A stretch of 64,000 bases of DNA from Octopus sinensis (Eukaryota): the NCBI RefSeq assembly GCF_006345805.1, contig NC_043001.1:131192001-131256000 (forward strand). The letters run 5' to 3'. A model generated the notes under the pieces. That model made no database searches. It had not been told where the DNA came from and saw nothing but the letters and a program-made list of their open reading frames with translations. The position numbers were made by a program, and so were the translations under genes. Positions 1 through 12,562 of this stretch are shown here, in pieces; positions within the stretch are counted from its first letter, which is position 1, and every line of letters starts with the position of its first letter.

Positions 1-32
1 GTTTAATTATTTTACATTTAACTGCCTTTTAC

Positions 33-131
33 CTTTTCAAGTGAATACACATTTAATTTGTGATAAACCAGCACACTACACATCCAGTAAATCAAGTACA
101 ATTCATTTTCAATAAATATTTGATTATCTTT
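33..131 (-). CDS. Candidate internal coding exon of an unidentified host gene (99 nt, phase 0/0)
   Basis: ttctgtgttttag|AAA...AAG|gtaaaa with one open frame, KDNQIFIENELYLIYWMCSVLVYHKLNVYSLEK. No protein recognised; could be chance. Confidence 0.25.
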
Positions 132-3100
132 CTAAAACACAGAATCACAGACAAATACAATACAACTATTTCAAGAGAATTAAATATGTACCCAAAATGC
201 TAACAGAATTAAATGAAAAAAATAAAATTAAAATATAGTACCAAAAACACTAACAGAATTTCATGAAAGCAACTTTGGATCTTAATGAAGCTTGGTCAAT
301 TAAATATTAAATAATAATCAGCAATTTTACTTTCCCTTTTCTTTACTGCATTAAGTGAGATTAAACTCAAGAAGTGTGATTCATATGTGAGATTTTTAGC
401 CTAATAATGACACTAATAATCATAAGATTTCTAAGGCATTATAGATAACTCATTTTTGTTTTTAAACAGTGTTAATATTGAAAATAAAAGACAAAGGAAG
501 AAAGAAAAACCATTACATTGTTAAATACCTTCAGATTATTTCCTTCAGATTAAATTTTAAAATTTGAATAGTCTTAAATATCATACACACACACACACAC
601 ACACACACAAATTATATATGGATAACTATTTTTTAATAAAACACATTTTCCTGAAATTGTAAATCAAACTGCTGGATTTTAGAATCAAAGAGAAAGAACA
701 GAAAAAGTAAAATAAATAATTATCTTTTATGCTTTTAATCTAGATACCGGATTTCTTTCAATTAAAATTTCTTCCATTTTTAGTAGCCTCATTCAATCCT
801 TCTCCTTGCAACTTTGAAATTTTAAAAGACAACTACTATAATGAAATGCATTGAAAATTCAGTTTAATAATCAAAACAAAAAATTTTTTAATGTGAAATA
901 TTAATTTTTAAGGTATAAGGAATGATGAGGGTACAATATATTTCTTTTAGTCCTTTACAACTAACTCCTTTACTTATTTAAGCTTTATAAAATAGAACTA
1001 CAATTTATGATTTGAATTAGCAGAACTATTATTCAGTACTCCATAATTCTTTATTAGCTATTATCACTTGCAAGAAAAAAAAATCACATTTTCTTTGTAT
1101 TTCTTTTGTCAGATATTTTTTATTAGCTAATTATTTCATATAATAGTTCTGATTTTGATCATAGCTCTTTTGTATTTTGATAATGTTAAAAGTATTTTAT
1201 CATGAAATTCCAACATGAAAAAAAAAATTTGATTTTTAACTATTATCACTATTTTGACTTATGAAACAGTAATAAAATTAATTTAATCACAATTTATGAG
1301 AAGTAATGTCTCCATTTCATTGCTATCTCTGGTTACTAAATTAGAGTTTTGCTATTTGCCTATAAGTATTATTTTCGGCTGGCTGTGACCATTGTGTATT
1401 TCTTTTAATGAATTTTAAAATTTTAGCAGAAATTACATTGCTTATTTGTTTAATATTTTACAATGAAAATAAAAATGATTGACACCAGTGTGTTTAGTTT
1501 TTTTCACAAAAGTTTTTTTTTGTTTTTATGCTTTATCTGAGTAAAATTTTTGTCAGATTGGAATCTGGCAAACAACTGAACAAAATTGCTTTAATTACGG
1601 ATATAACTTTAGACAGCTGAGGCTACCTAATATTCTCAACATTATTCTTAGATGTATAATTTGAGAATTTCAACATTATTCTTTCTCATAATAAAAATTA
1701 AATACATTTTCACTGTTTTCTTTATCTTCAGTAATACTTTCTTTTCATAATATATACACAGAATTAAATAGCTTCTCCAACTTCATAAATAAATTTTAAA
1801 TTCTTTAATCATTTTTTTCTCATTTATTTTTCTAATCAAAATAAGTCTATAAATTATTTATGATTCCTTCCCTTTTCTTCATATATTTCACAATAGTACA
1901 AATTTTTACTAAGTATTTAATTAGGATGTATTTTCTCAATACATACAAATACTAAGATGAAAACATACCATGTGTCAAAATAGCTTCATTTCTATTTATA
2001 TTTTCTCAAAAATATGGAAATACTTTGGCAAAAGATGGAAGGAATATGCTTTAAATTAATAAATATATGAAATAAATCCTTATTTCATTAATTTCAAATG
2101 GATAGCATAAAATATTCATGCAATTTTAACTGTGTTAAAAGCTTTAGAAATTTTAATATTTCTATTTGATAATCAGAAGGCTGTATAGCAAATCAGAATA
2201 TTATTATTATTATTATAATTATTTTACTTTTTTTTTTAGGCTTAAGAATATTTCATGTAAACTACCTCAATTGTGACGCAGAATATTTGAATGATAGTAT
2301 ATCCCCTCTCTGCAGCAGTGGCTGCTGTACTGTTCAGATGATATAATACTAAAAATGCAGACTGAAGATTTCAGACCATATAAGGGACATTACATCAGCA
2401 TTGGCCGTAATTTGCATAGGAATTACTCGTTATCTCATCCATTACATGAAGGAAAGGAGAGGTTCTTCTAACATAAATGCACAGAGTAAAGCTTATCTCC
2501 CCATACACTGAACAATACAGCAGGCTGGAAAATGAAAGAAAGAAAATACTTGAAGAAAAAAAAAAAAGGAAAATGTAACACTTCACCAACAAATATTTCA
2601 ATAAATTTATTTTATTTTCAAAGAGATTTAAAAATATACATATAGCAAAATGCATAAAAAATTCATTCATTTATAGATGGTGAAAATTGCTAGTGTGGCA
2701 GCAGTTGAATAAAAAGAAGAGACATTTTTACATTTGTTATTTTAAAATATTTTTCAAATGAAAATAATCCAGGCTAGAAATAAATAAGATATAAAATCAA
2801 AGTCAAAAGGCAAACAAAAGTAAAATTTCCAAGAACAAAATAAATTTGAAAAGAAAACTATACAAGTTTCCATTTTATTTTAATCTGTATTAATTTATGT
2901 TGAATTTACTGATGCTGGCTCTATTTTCCAACTGTAAAAGAGCATTACTTTGTTTGAAGGGTTAATTTGCATATTATATTAGCAAGTAAATCGGTTCTCA
3001 TACAGAGAATTTTACATTTTTTTAAAGGGGATGAAATGCAAAATAGTTTCTTATGACACCAAAGATACTTTTCTTTTTGTCACCTTGGGGATAACAAAAC

Positions 3101-4594
3101 TAGCAGCAGAATCAGCTGCTAAATTCCATGTTCTCCTAAAGAAGTTTTCTAAGAATTGTAATTTGGAAATAGTATCAATATTACTCATTGACAATGGTTT
3201 CATGCACACACACATGCATGTAATTTTTATATATGCACACAACACACCCACATGTATTTGCTCCCTTTCTTCTTCACACAAATGTACACACCTAACATAC
3301 ATACACAAACATATTTACATACATACACACACACAATGAGTTATATTCCTCTCACTTCTTAGTTAAAATTTTCCTTTTATTTAGAGGGGCAGGTTTTCCA
3401 CATGTCATTATAGATTCTTTTTTATTACTTTTATGCAAAGGCCAATGTATTTTAAAGTATATAATCAATACTGAATTTAAGAGCAGCAAGTCAATGTATT
3501 ATTTAAAAAAAAAAAACTGCATGCAATTTTGTGTGTGTGTGTGTGTATGAGAGAGACAGAGAGAAAGAGATTCCGATATTTAGAGTGTTTTAGTGAAGCA
3601 ACTTCAAAATGATATCTCCTCATTGGTCACATACATAAAATACATATTCAACACAAGTAATGTCAATATTTATGCTGTATAATATGTACTTCAGGAAAAA
3701 TCTTTGAAATAATAAAGGATAACAGAGTTTATATATATATGGAAGGTATAGGTAAAATTGCACACACATACACACATATATATATATATATATACATGCA
3801 CCTTTGTATCTTACACAAGCACACTAACATTTATGAACTTTCATTAGTTTGCAGATCTTACTCACTCAACACTGACAATGAAGAGAAACAGAATCCATTG
3901 TATTGATTCCAGTATTTGAGTATAGCTTATTTAGATTGAACAAGGAAAAATAAGGAAAGGTGAAAATCAAAACTCACTTCAGTGGGATTAGAACTTTGAA
4001 CTTAAAAATATGTAATCAAATATCGCAACATACATTGTCTGAAGCCATATCAAGTTTGCTATCCTCTGCTCAAAATACTAACTTTCTAACATAAATATTT
4101 TCTTGGAATAAATTTATGCTTATATAAATACCACTAACTTCAAATGTGAATCTTCCGAGATATACAATAAATATTTGCAAGTGTATATTTTAAGACTGTA
4201 TATTGTAAATACATATGTAATCTGTGTTGTTTGTAAGTACATGAGTGTGTGTTTGTATATGAATACATGTATACATACGCAAGAACTCCTGCTCAAGCAA
4301 TCATTTATAAGATGTTATGCATGTATTTTCCAATGTTGATAGAAGTTGGATGGTTTTGCAAATTGAAATGTTTGGAGTGTCTTACGTTCATAAAGCTAAC
4401 AACTGAACCCAACAAATTCTGAAATGTAGTAATATATTTAAAAGCACTGCATAAGCTAGAGCTTTCACATTGATATAATGCCAAGCCAATTAAAATAGAA
4501 GACCAGCACAGTTATCCAGAAAGCTCTTTTAGCATGCTAAAATGAACCCTAACATTCATAGATGTTTCTCCCTAGTCAGTACATTTAATAAGTA

Positions 4595-4832
4595 CATCAT
4601 CATCATCATCGTTCAACCGTGGTTGAGACAATGGAATTTACCATGCTACGCCAGACTTCACGGTCCATCATGGCATTACGGAGGTCCTGTTGCTGGTTGC
4701 CTGTATCCCTGGAGATTACATCAGGGTAGGAGAGTGTGCGCCCTCTGGTATTGCGAGTAGATGGCTTCCATGGGGAGAAGAGTAGAAATTACCTCTTTTT
4801 CAGCTCTACAACAACGTCCAGCAAACTGACTA
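4595..4832 (-). mobile_element. 5'-truncated RTE-clade LINE, 3' end with (GAT)n tail
   Basis: Minus-strand translation with one frameshift gives SQFAGRCCRAEKEVISTLL/WKPSTRNTRGRTLSYPDVISRDTGNQQQDLRNAMMDREVWRSMVNSIVSTTVER* followed by TGATGATGA. This resembles the RTE ORF C-terminus (FAGHC..., M.DR..WR). Confidence 0.7.
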
Positions 4833-4904
4833 GACAACAACCAAACGAGATGGCCAGCAAATAAGGAAACCCTCAATAAAAACACTGATAACTGTCAACT
4901 TAAA

Positions 4905-5262
4905 ATCATTGTTTAGCCTCAGATCAATGTTGACTAAGCAAAAAAACATTCTAACCATGACCATCACATCTTTGAAACATATCTAGAACTACTTTATCCA
5001 ATATGTCATTCCATGTTTAACTCTTTAGTGTTCAGATTATTCAATCAAACATAATGCCTATTGATTCCCATTGATTTGAATTAATCATGCATTATCTCAT
5101 ATCTTCAAGATCCTGATGGTGTAGTTACTTAATGTAGAATAACATTGTAGGGTAGGTGTGAGAGCCTGGATCTGGTCAGTTTGAACATAAAACAGATTAG
5201 AAATGGCCGGTTTAAATACTAAAGGGTTAAGACAGTGAGTTTGATTTGGTTGCTATTCCTCA
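4905..5262 (-). repeat. Unclassified dispersed repeat, interrupted at a TTAA by the MITE at 5021-5226
   Basis: The flanks of the MITE (tgtttagcc...ccaatatgtcattcc and gacagtgagtttgatttggttgctatt) resemble the reverse complement of a degenerate copy at about 57995-58225 (gaaatagccaa...caaatcacattctacc...ggatgcagtggtcctaga...gctaaacaacaac). Judged by eye only. Confidence 0.4.
5021..5226 (+). mobile_element. piggyBac-type MITE, family M1 (CCCTTTAG termini)
   Basis: TTAA|CTCTTTAG...CTAAAGGG|TTAA. TTAA flanks at 5017-5020 and 5227-5230. Body is shared with five other copies. Confidence 0.85.
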
Positions 5263-5631
5263 CAAACAAAGGTATTTAAAGGTTTTCTTAATAGCTGATA
5301 TTCCTTCAGTTTGATTCTCTAGCTGCTGTCCATTCACTTAGACTCACTTAAACTGTCTCACCTTTTATTGGCCTCACTACATTGACTTTTTAAACTATCA
5401 TACAAAACACTTGACCCAATGTTTCTGGTTCTCAAACTCCCTATTTCTCAAACTCTTTCCTCAACAGTATTTTCCTTTTCATTTTCTTTTCAGCAATGAA
5501 CCAAAATCAGCCAAACTAACTTTACCTAGCTATCTCAGTTTATCAGAATTGGATGGCTTTAAAAAGGTTATAGGTGAATAGCACCTGTCAAAGCAAGAAA
5601 TACAACACTTCTATGAGCACTTGCTATTTAA

Positions 5632-5894
5632 CCCTTTAGTGTTCACATTATTCTGCTAAAATTAATGCTTTTTTATCCACATTGTTTTGAACTAATCAGG
5701 CATTATCTTGTAGTTATGAGAATTTGATGAGGTAGCTGTTAATTTTTAAAACGATATTGTAGGGTTGGTATGAGAGACCAGATCTGGTCAGTTTGAACAT
5801 AAAATAGGCCGAATACTTTTGGCCGAATACTTTTGGCCGAATACTTTTGGCCGAATACTTTTGGCCGGATATGGCCGGTTTAAATGCTAAAGGG
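5632..5894 (+). mobile_element. piggyBac-type MITE M1 with an internal 4 x 14-bp tandem expansion
   Basis: TTAA|CCCTTTAG...CTAAAGGG|TTAA. GGCCGAATACTTTT occurs four times at 5807-5862. Confidence 0.9.
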
Positions 5895-5952
5895 TTAAAC
5901 CAGGCTATGGCTGGCAAGGAACAAGAAATTACTATTTTGATGAGATGGAGAC

Positions 5953-6110
5953 AAGCATGGCTGTATGGTTAAGCAGTTTGCTTCACAACCATATGGCTTT
6001 ATGTTCAGTCCCACTTTGTAGCACATGGGCAAGTGTCTTCTACTACTGTCTCAGACTAATCAATTTCATGTGACTGGAATTAGTTGATGGAAACTGCATG
6101 GAAGCTCATT
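5953..6110 (+). mobile_element. 5' half of tRNA-headed SINE family A (degenerate)
   Basis: Decayed match to the head of the 6354-6750 copy (tggctgtatggttaagcagtttgcttcacaacc...gggcaagtgtcttct). Confidence 0.7.
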
Positions 6111-6125
6111 ATATATATATATATA

Positions 6126-7776
6126 CAAGGTTAAGTCAAAAATTACACACACGTGTTTCTGTAATTTATAAAAACAAAAGTATATTTCTCGACATAGTCT
6201 CCTTGTTTTTTGATGCACTTCTTCCAGCAGTCAACAAACTTGCTTATTCCATTGAAGAAGAAGGTTTTTGGCTGGTCATGCAGCAATTTATGTACCGCTT
6301 CCTGTGCTTCTTCATCTGTAGCAAATCAAAGACGTTGTTAATGATGTTTGAATAGGCACAGGAGTAGCTGTGTGGTAAGTAGCTTGCTAACCAACCACAT
6401 GGTTCCGGGTTCAGTCCCACTGCGTGGCACCTTGGGCAAGTGTCTTCTGCTATAGCCCCGGGCCGACCAATGCCTTGTGAGTGAATTTGGTAGACGGAAA
6501 CTGAAAGAAGCCCGTCGTATATATGTATATATGTGTGTGTGTGTTTGTGTGTCTGTGTTTGTCCCCCTAGCATTGCTTGACAACCGATGCTGGTGTGTTT
6601 ACGTCTCCGTCACTTAGCGGTTTGGCAAAAGAGACCGATAGAATAAGTACTGGGCTTACAAAGAATAAGTCCCGGGGTCGATTTGCTCGACTCAAGGCAG
6701 TGCTCCAGCATGGCCACAGTCAAATGACCGAAACAAGTAAAAGAGTCCAAAAAGGTGATAGTTGGAAGGGGCAAGGTCTTAACTGTACCCAGGGTTTTCT
6801 AGCAAATCAAAACCAAATTTTTCAATGGTTTCAATAGTCTGGGTGTGCATTGTTGTGCAAAAATAACACTTGCTTTGATAATAAACCTTGGCATTTGGTA
6901 CAAATTGCTGCTTTCAGTTTGTTGGCCAGTATTTAACTATAGCCTACACCGGTGACTGTAGACCCCCTTTTCAGGTAATGTTGCAGTATAGGCCCTCTTG
7001 CATCCCAAAAAATGGTTAGCATCACTTTTGCGGTGGAAGGCTGAGTTGTGAATTTATTTTTTGCTGGCAATTCCAGGTGTTTCCACTCCATGCACAGCCT
7101 TTTAGATTCTGACTCAAAGTGATAGATCCAGGTCTTATCTCCTGTAACTGTTTTCTCTAAAAAAGCATCACCATTGTCATTGTAGTGGTCAAGTAAGTGT
7201 TAACAGATCTCCACATGTTTGCACTTATGCTCTATGGTAAGCTCTCTTGACACCCATTTTACACAAACTTTATGGAAGCAGAGTTTGATGTGGACGATTT
7301 CGTATACAGAACCATAACTAATTTGCATGACTAATTTTCCACCTCATTAAATGGTCACTCATCAGTTAGCCAGAACCAACTCTTGAGCTTGTTCAATCTT
7401 CATGTTAGTGATGGAAGTGGATGAAGGTCTTGCTACCTCTTCGTGCTTCACACTTGTCTAGCCATTTTTAAACTTCTCGATCCATTTATACACATTTATG
7501 CATGGTAGAGCACTGTCTTTGTATTGCACTGAAAGCTTGTGATGAACTTCAGCCCTTGACATATCTCAGACCAGAGAAATCAGATCACTGATCTCTGTTC
7601 TGTCTTGATGCACACTGCAAGTGGAGTATCTATGTTCACTCTGTAACACAAGAAAGAAAACTGGAGCAATCAAAACCAAATATCAGTTATGCAACCACAA
7701 AAGTTTCACCTTTCAGCATGCAAGTGCTGAAGGCAGTTTTGACATAAGTGCAGATAATTTTTGACTTTCCCTTTTG
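6126..7776 (-). mobile_element. Near full-length, decayed Tc1/mariner (mariner-type) DNA transposon, interrupted by a SINE
   Basis: Inverted ends: CAAGGTTAAGTCAAAAATTA at 6126 and the reverse complement AAAGGGAAAGTCAAAAATTA at 7776. Minus-strand remnants from 7633 to 6182 read EQRSVI*FLWSE, VYKWIEKFKNG, TVTGDKTWIYHFE (DETW), KVMLTIFWD, LHNNAHP (HDNARP), YS*DLAPSNYHLFG (YSPDLAPSD), CWKKCIKKQGDYVEK. Many stops and frameshifts. Confidence 0.9.
6354..6750 (+). mobile_element. Full-length tRNA-headed SINE family A (CORE-like; resembles described octopus SINEs), inserted in the mariner
   Basis: A-box-like TAGCTGTGTGG, B-box-like GGTTCAGTCCC, CORE-like CACCTTGGGCAAGTGTCTT, an internal (TA/TG)n, and tail GTGCTCCAGCATGGCC...AAGTAAAAGAG. 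About 11 copies or fragments in the window. The family name is from memory, not a database search. Confidence 0.85.
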
Positions 7777-8269
7777 TGTGTGTGTGTGTGTGTGCATGCA
7801 ACAGCAAAATTAGTTTTTTTCTGTTATAATATCATAAATTATATAATCATTACACATATTTTACTAATGAATACTAGTATATTGTGCAAAGATCATTACA
7901 TAAACACTTGCATAATCATATAGAAAATAGTAATTTAATTTAATCGGTTAGTTGATAGTGCTAAATAAGAATAGTTCTTCTTTAGCTCTGTCAACCAAAT
8001 AAGTTTGAGAAATAACAATGGTTTAAATCACTATTTTCTTCTGAAAATGTTGTGTTTAAATGTGACTATGGAGTTATCTATATAATGATTACTGTATGAC
8101 ATGCTAGTATACACTAATGAAACAAATGTAATGATTACACAATTTATCATACAATAAAAAGACAAACTAGTTCTCTTCTTTTGCTTTATTCTGCACTCAG
8201 ATATACACTGTATAAATTATTCAAAAGTATTGAATACCAAAGGAAAACTGGAAGACAAATTATGTTTAA

Positions 8270-8488
8270 CCCTTTAGTATTTAAACCGGCCATATCTGGC
8301 CAAAATAGTTAATCTGTGTTATGTTCAAACTAACCAGATCCAGGCTCTCACACCTACCCTACAATGTTATTCTACATTAAGTAATTACACTATCAAGATC
8401 TTGAAGATATGAGATAATGCATGATTAATTCAAATTAATGGGAATCAATAGGCATTATGTTTGATTGAATAATCAGAACACTAAAGGG
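8270..8488 (-). mobile_element. piggyBac-type MITE M1, inverted relative to 5021-5226
   Basis: TTAA|CCCTTTAG...CTAAAGGG|TTAA. The reverse complement aligns almost base for base with 5021-5226. Confidence 0.9.
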
Positions 8489-11400
8489 TTAATAACTCAC
8501 TGAAACTTGAATATAAAAGGATTTAAATAGAGTTCTAAGCATTGGTTAACCATTATGCTATCTTATTTGAAATAGCAATGCTTTACAATGTGTGTGTTTG
8601 TGGTGGTGGGGGAGTTGTCACATGTGACTACCTGAATGAAAACAAAAAATAAGAAACATTACTGTGTTTATATTCCTAATGAACATTACATTTGCTGCTC
8701 TGAACTCTTGAAGAACTTGAATAAAGAAAATATCCCTTGTAACAAAAGTAAGGGCTAGCAATAGGAAATGCATAGGACCATAAAAACACTGGCACAAAAA
8801 AGTATCCATCCAACCCCAGAAAGCATAGAAAATTGAATGTAAAACAAACGAATGAACATATTAACTATTCTGTAGAAGACAATCTAAGCTGAGACAAAAC
8901 TGCACAGATAGCTAATTTTTAAAATTTCACTTTTACAGTTTCTATTGGATTTGTGATATCCAAGTGCATTTCACTTAATCACAGCACTTACTGGAAGAGT
9001 GAGAGGAGAAAAGTGAGAATAGGAAGGTAGTGATGAAGAATATAAAATGTTGGAAAATAGCAGAAAAGACAGTAATGGAATGGGAGAAAGATACCAAAAG
9101 GTACATAATTAAACAAATATAGAACTCAAACCTGATTTAAGAAAGCCTAGAGAAATGACAGAGAAATGGAACATTGCTTTGCTATATGAATACAGATTTA
9201 TTTCTGTCATCATTTGTAATATCCTTCATAAATACACAATCTGTAGGTGATATAATTTTTTTTCCTTTTTTTCTTAATAGTTCATTATAGCAGCCATAAA
9301 TAAATTTCCAGATAGCAAATATAATTAATGTTATTGAAAAGAATATGAAAATTGTAAATTTACATAACTAAATCTACTATATTACAATTTGAACTCAACA
9401 AAAGCTCTGTTATATATAATAAAATTTTGCTATTATTTTAATCAAATTTCTGCATAAAAGCAATTCATTACTAATTTGAAAAGAAAATAAAACAACTAAA
9501 TTTCATTTCATTCAATCACCACTCTGGAAAAAATAAGTAAATAAATAGAAGTTTAATTGAATAAAATTTTTAAATCTTCAAATAATGAATAAAATTTCTT
9601 CCTGCTCTGTAGTTTAATATGTTTATCAAAGAAAAATAGATAAATAAAAGAATAGAGTCTTTGCTTGACTGCATCTGACAAAAAAAAATCTGATTTTGCC
9701 TGAAATAAAGCCATAATGAAACTCTAGCTTCATATCATAACCTTTCTTGGAGTTTTAATATGTTTAATGAGATTTCTAAAGATCTGTTACATTAATTGAC
9801 AATAAATAAACTATACCAACCAGTTCCCTACAATCAATACAAGTTACTAATTTACAATTATAACAATCAAAAGTATAATTCATATTTCATTTGCATATGT
9901 ATATTTTGCACTGGACTTCTACATTCATTTACTCATATGATTTAGATCTATCTAAATTGGCTCAATTCATTTCATTTCATTTGGGTTTGAGTCCATGCTC
10001 AGGCCAAGTCGAAGACTCCACCCTATTTACAATTCAAAGTAATTTAAGCCCCCAAGTAAAAAAATATAACACTGACTGAAGTTATGTTTCCCAGGTGATT
10101 ATATTTCTATCAACATTGTATTTCTGTTACTGCAATACCAACCAACTACAATCAATACATAATTGCTTCCAGAATCAAATGCAAATTTGGATTATCAGAC
10201 AAAAATTAATGAGCTACAATGTTAAATTTAATTTGATCCATTTTATCCAAGATTCAGCCTGGTGTTGCATTGCTTATGAAATATGTAAATAGAAAGGTAT
10301 TGCAAAAAAAAAAATACAGTGATGTGAGCAATAAAATAAAGTATGTTTATGTTTTTATTAATTCAACATCTTAACGAAATATTGGGATATGATGTAATTT
10401 TTGATTATCATGGAATAATAGACTGAATGGCAATCATTATCAAAATGAGAGAAGATATAAACATTACAAAAATTATGCCATTAAAGAAAGGAATCAAAAT
10501 AAAATATTTGAAAAATTTGCTAAAATTCTCATTTACATATAAAACACTTTAGAGTTTAGATTTTGTTTAGTCTTCTTATTCTTCAGTCCATGTAAAGCAA
10601 TGTAATGCTATATTGTATATGAACAATTTTAATTAAAACGAGTTTTTTCTCTCTCTCTCTCTTTCTCTTTTCAGTTCCTTCAATAATTTTGGAAATAAAA
10701 CAATATTGGTAGTTTGAGATATAAAAGAAAATCTAAATTTTAAATCAATCTTCACTATGAATATGTCTTTACTACTACTTTATCATTTGTTTTTATTAAA
10801 GGAAAAGGGTGAAATATTATAAATGCCAAAGGATGTATACATTTGCTTTTGGTTTCAATCAATAGAAGATGGAATTTCTCAGTACAGAAATGTACTATTT
10901 CTCCAAATGCACAAATATTTCAGACTAAATCTTGTATGAAATTTATATAATATAACGATTAAAATTCTTTTGTCCAAACAATGCAATGACACCATTTTTT
11001 TTAGTCAAACTGCAAACCATAAAAATCATTCATAATAATTTGTGAGCCTAACCAAATTATAACAGAAATATATTCATTCAACAGATAAACATGGAAGTCA
11101 TATGTGTAATGATTAATGAAAAGTTGAATTTTTTTAGCATTTAGTTCAAACAACCTGGAAGAAATTAACAAAAAAGCATCATAAGAAACATTCTTGTAAA
11201 TGGTGTGAATTATGGACATATTTACATTAATGTCATTAAAATTCTGACATAAGACAATGGAAAAAAATCATGCCTCATGACAAGAAAGAGTGTTTCAGAG
11301 AAGCAAATTTTAATAAAAGTAATTGGGTAATAATCAAAAGAACAATGTTATTACATTGGCTTTGGACAGGGTGGGATGACGAGTATGATATCTCTGTTTT

Positions 11401-12039
11401 CCTTCTCATTACAAACTTCTAATGTTATGAAATGATACTGATATTTATTTTCAGGCTAGATGATCTGATACACCTAAAATATTTTGACTATGTACACAAT
11501 AGTGTATGTAGAAAACAGATTCAGCATATGTCTTTAATGAAACCAACATGATACAGAATTGATGAGATGTTAAATCTATGAAACAATGATATACAACAGC
11601 TGAACTGTTTATATTAAGTTTTTAGGAATTATTTCGGTACTTTATTTCTGCATGGTATTGATAGCTAACAAAAGTTGATAAATAATACATAACTTTATTT
11701 TGAAGCATGTGATTGAATATCTTGTAATTAAAGGACTGGTCAGATGGACAGGCATCACTGGTCCTCATCCAACATCTTAGTCTCTGACAGGATGACTTCA
11801 AGTGTTTCACAACTGTACCCCTACTTCAGCTGATGGGCTAAACTAATTAAGAGGATGGTGTTAACAATGCACCAGTAAATGAAAGATTTCAGGTAAGATT
11901 TCCAAAGGAGTCACCAGCTAAGGCAGAGGAATTTGCTTGTGCCAGCAACGTAATGTTCAGGGCTGAAACATGTCTCACGTAGAGGTATATGGTTGTGGGT
12001 AACAGCTTGGAGAGGAATGGGCACTGTCAAGCTTACTTG

Positions 12040-12240
12040 TCCATGATACACATTCGTGATGATGACAACCAGACCAGAACCCATACCATACTGGTCACCA
12101 CCCAAGTTAACATCAAAGAGTGGACAGGTCTCAATTTTGCTGACTAACAGAGAGCAGCAGAAGACTAAGAGAAATGGCAAAATCTGGTTCTGATATCATC
12201 AATGGATGCCCCAACAACTACATGGTCAAGGGATAGGATC
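12040..12240 (+). mobile_element. RTE-clade LINE 3' remnant
   Basis: Plus-strand NIKEWTGLNFAD*QRAAED*EKWQNLV matches the RTE/BovB-like C-terminus (NIKEWTG...AAEDR..W). Homology may extend left to about 11735. Confidence 0.6.
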
Positions 12241-12481
12241 GAAAGAATAAGGCCCACATGAAAACAGCTTGAGATTATATATGTATGTAATTTAATCTCA
12301 AAAATAAACAGTATCATTTTTGAAAGATTTTTTTCCAGAAACAAAGTTAATTTGATGCATTTAAATCTAGTATTTAGTAGTTGTGCCTTGTACAGTTTTT
12401 AATGATTTAACCTGTCTGATACTGCACTAATGAGAACAGATAAAACAGTAAAATGAGGGATGTCTATTTACTTTAGGAGAT

Positions 12482-12531
12482 GTGTGTGTGTGTATATATA
12501 TATATATAATATATATATATATAATATATAC

Positions 12532-12562
<31 letters not shown>

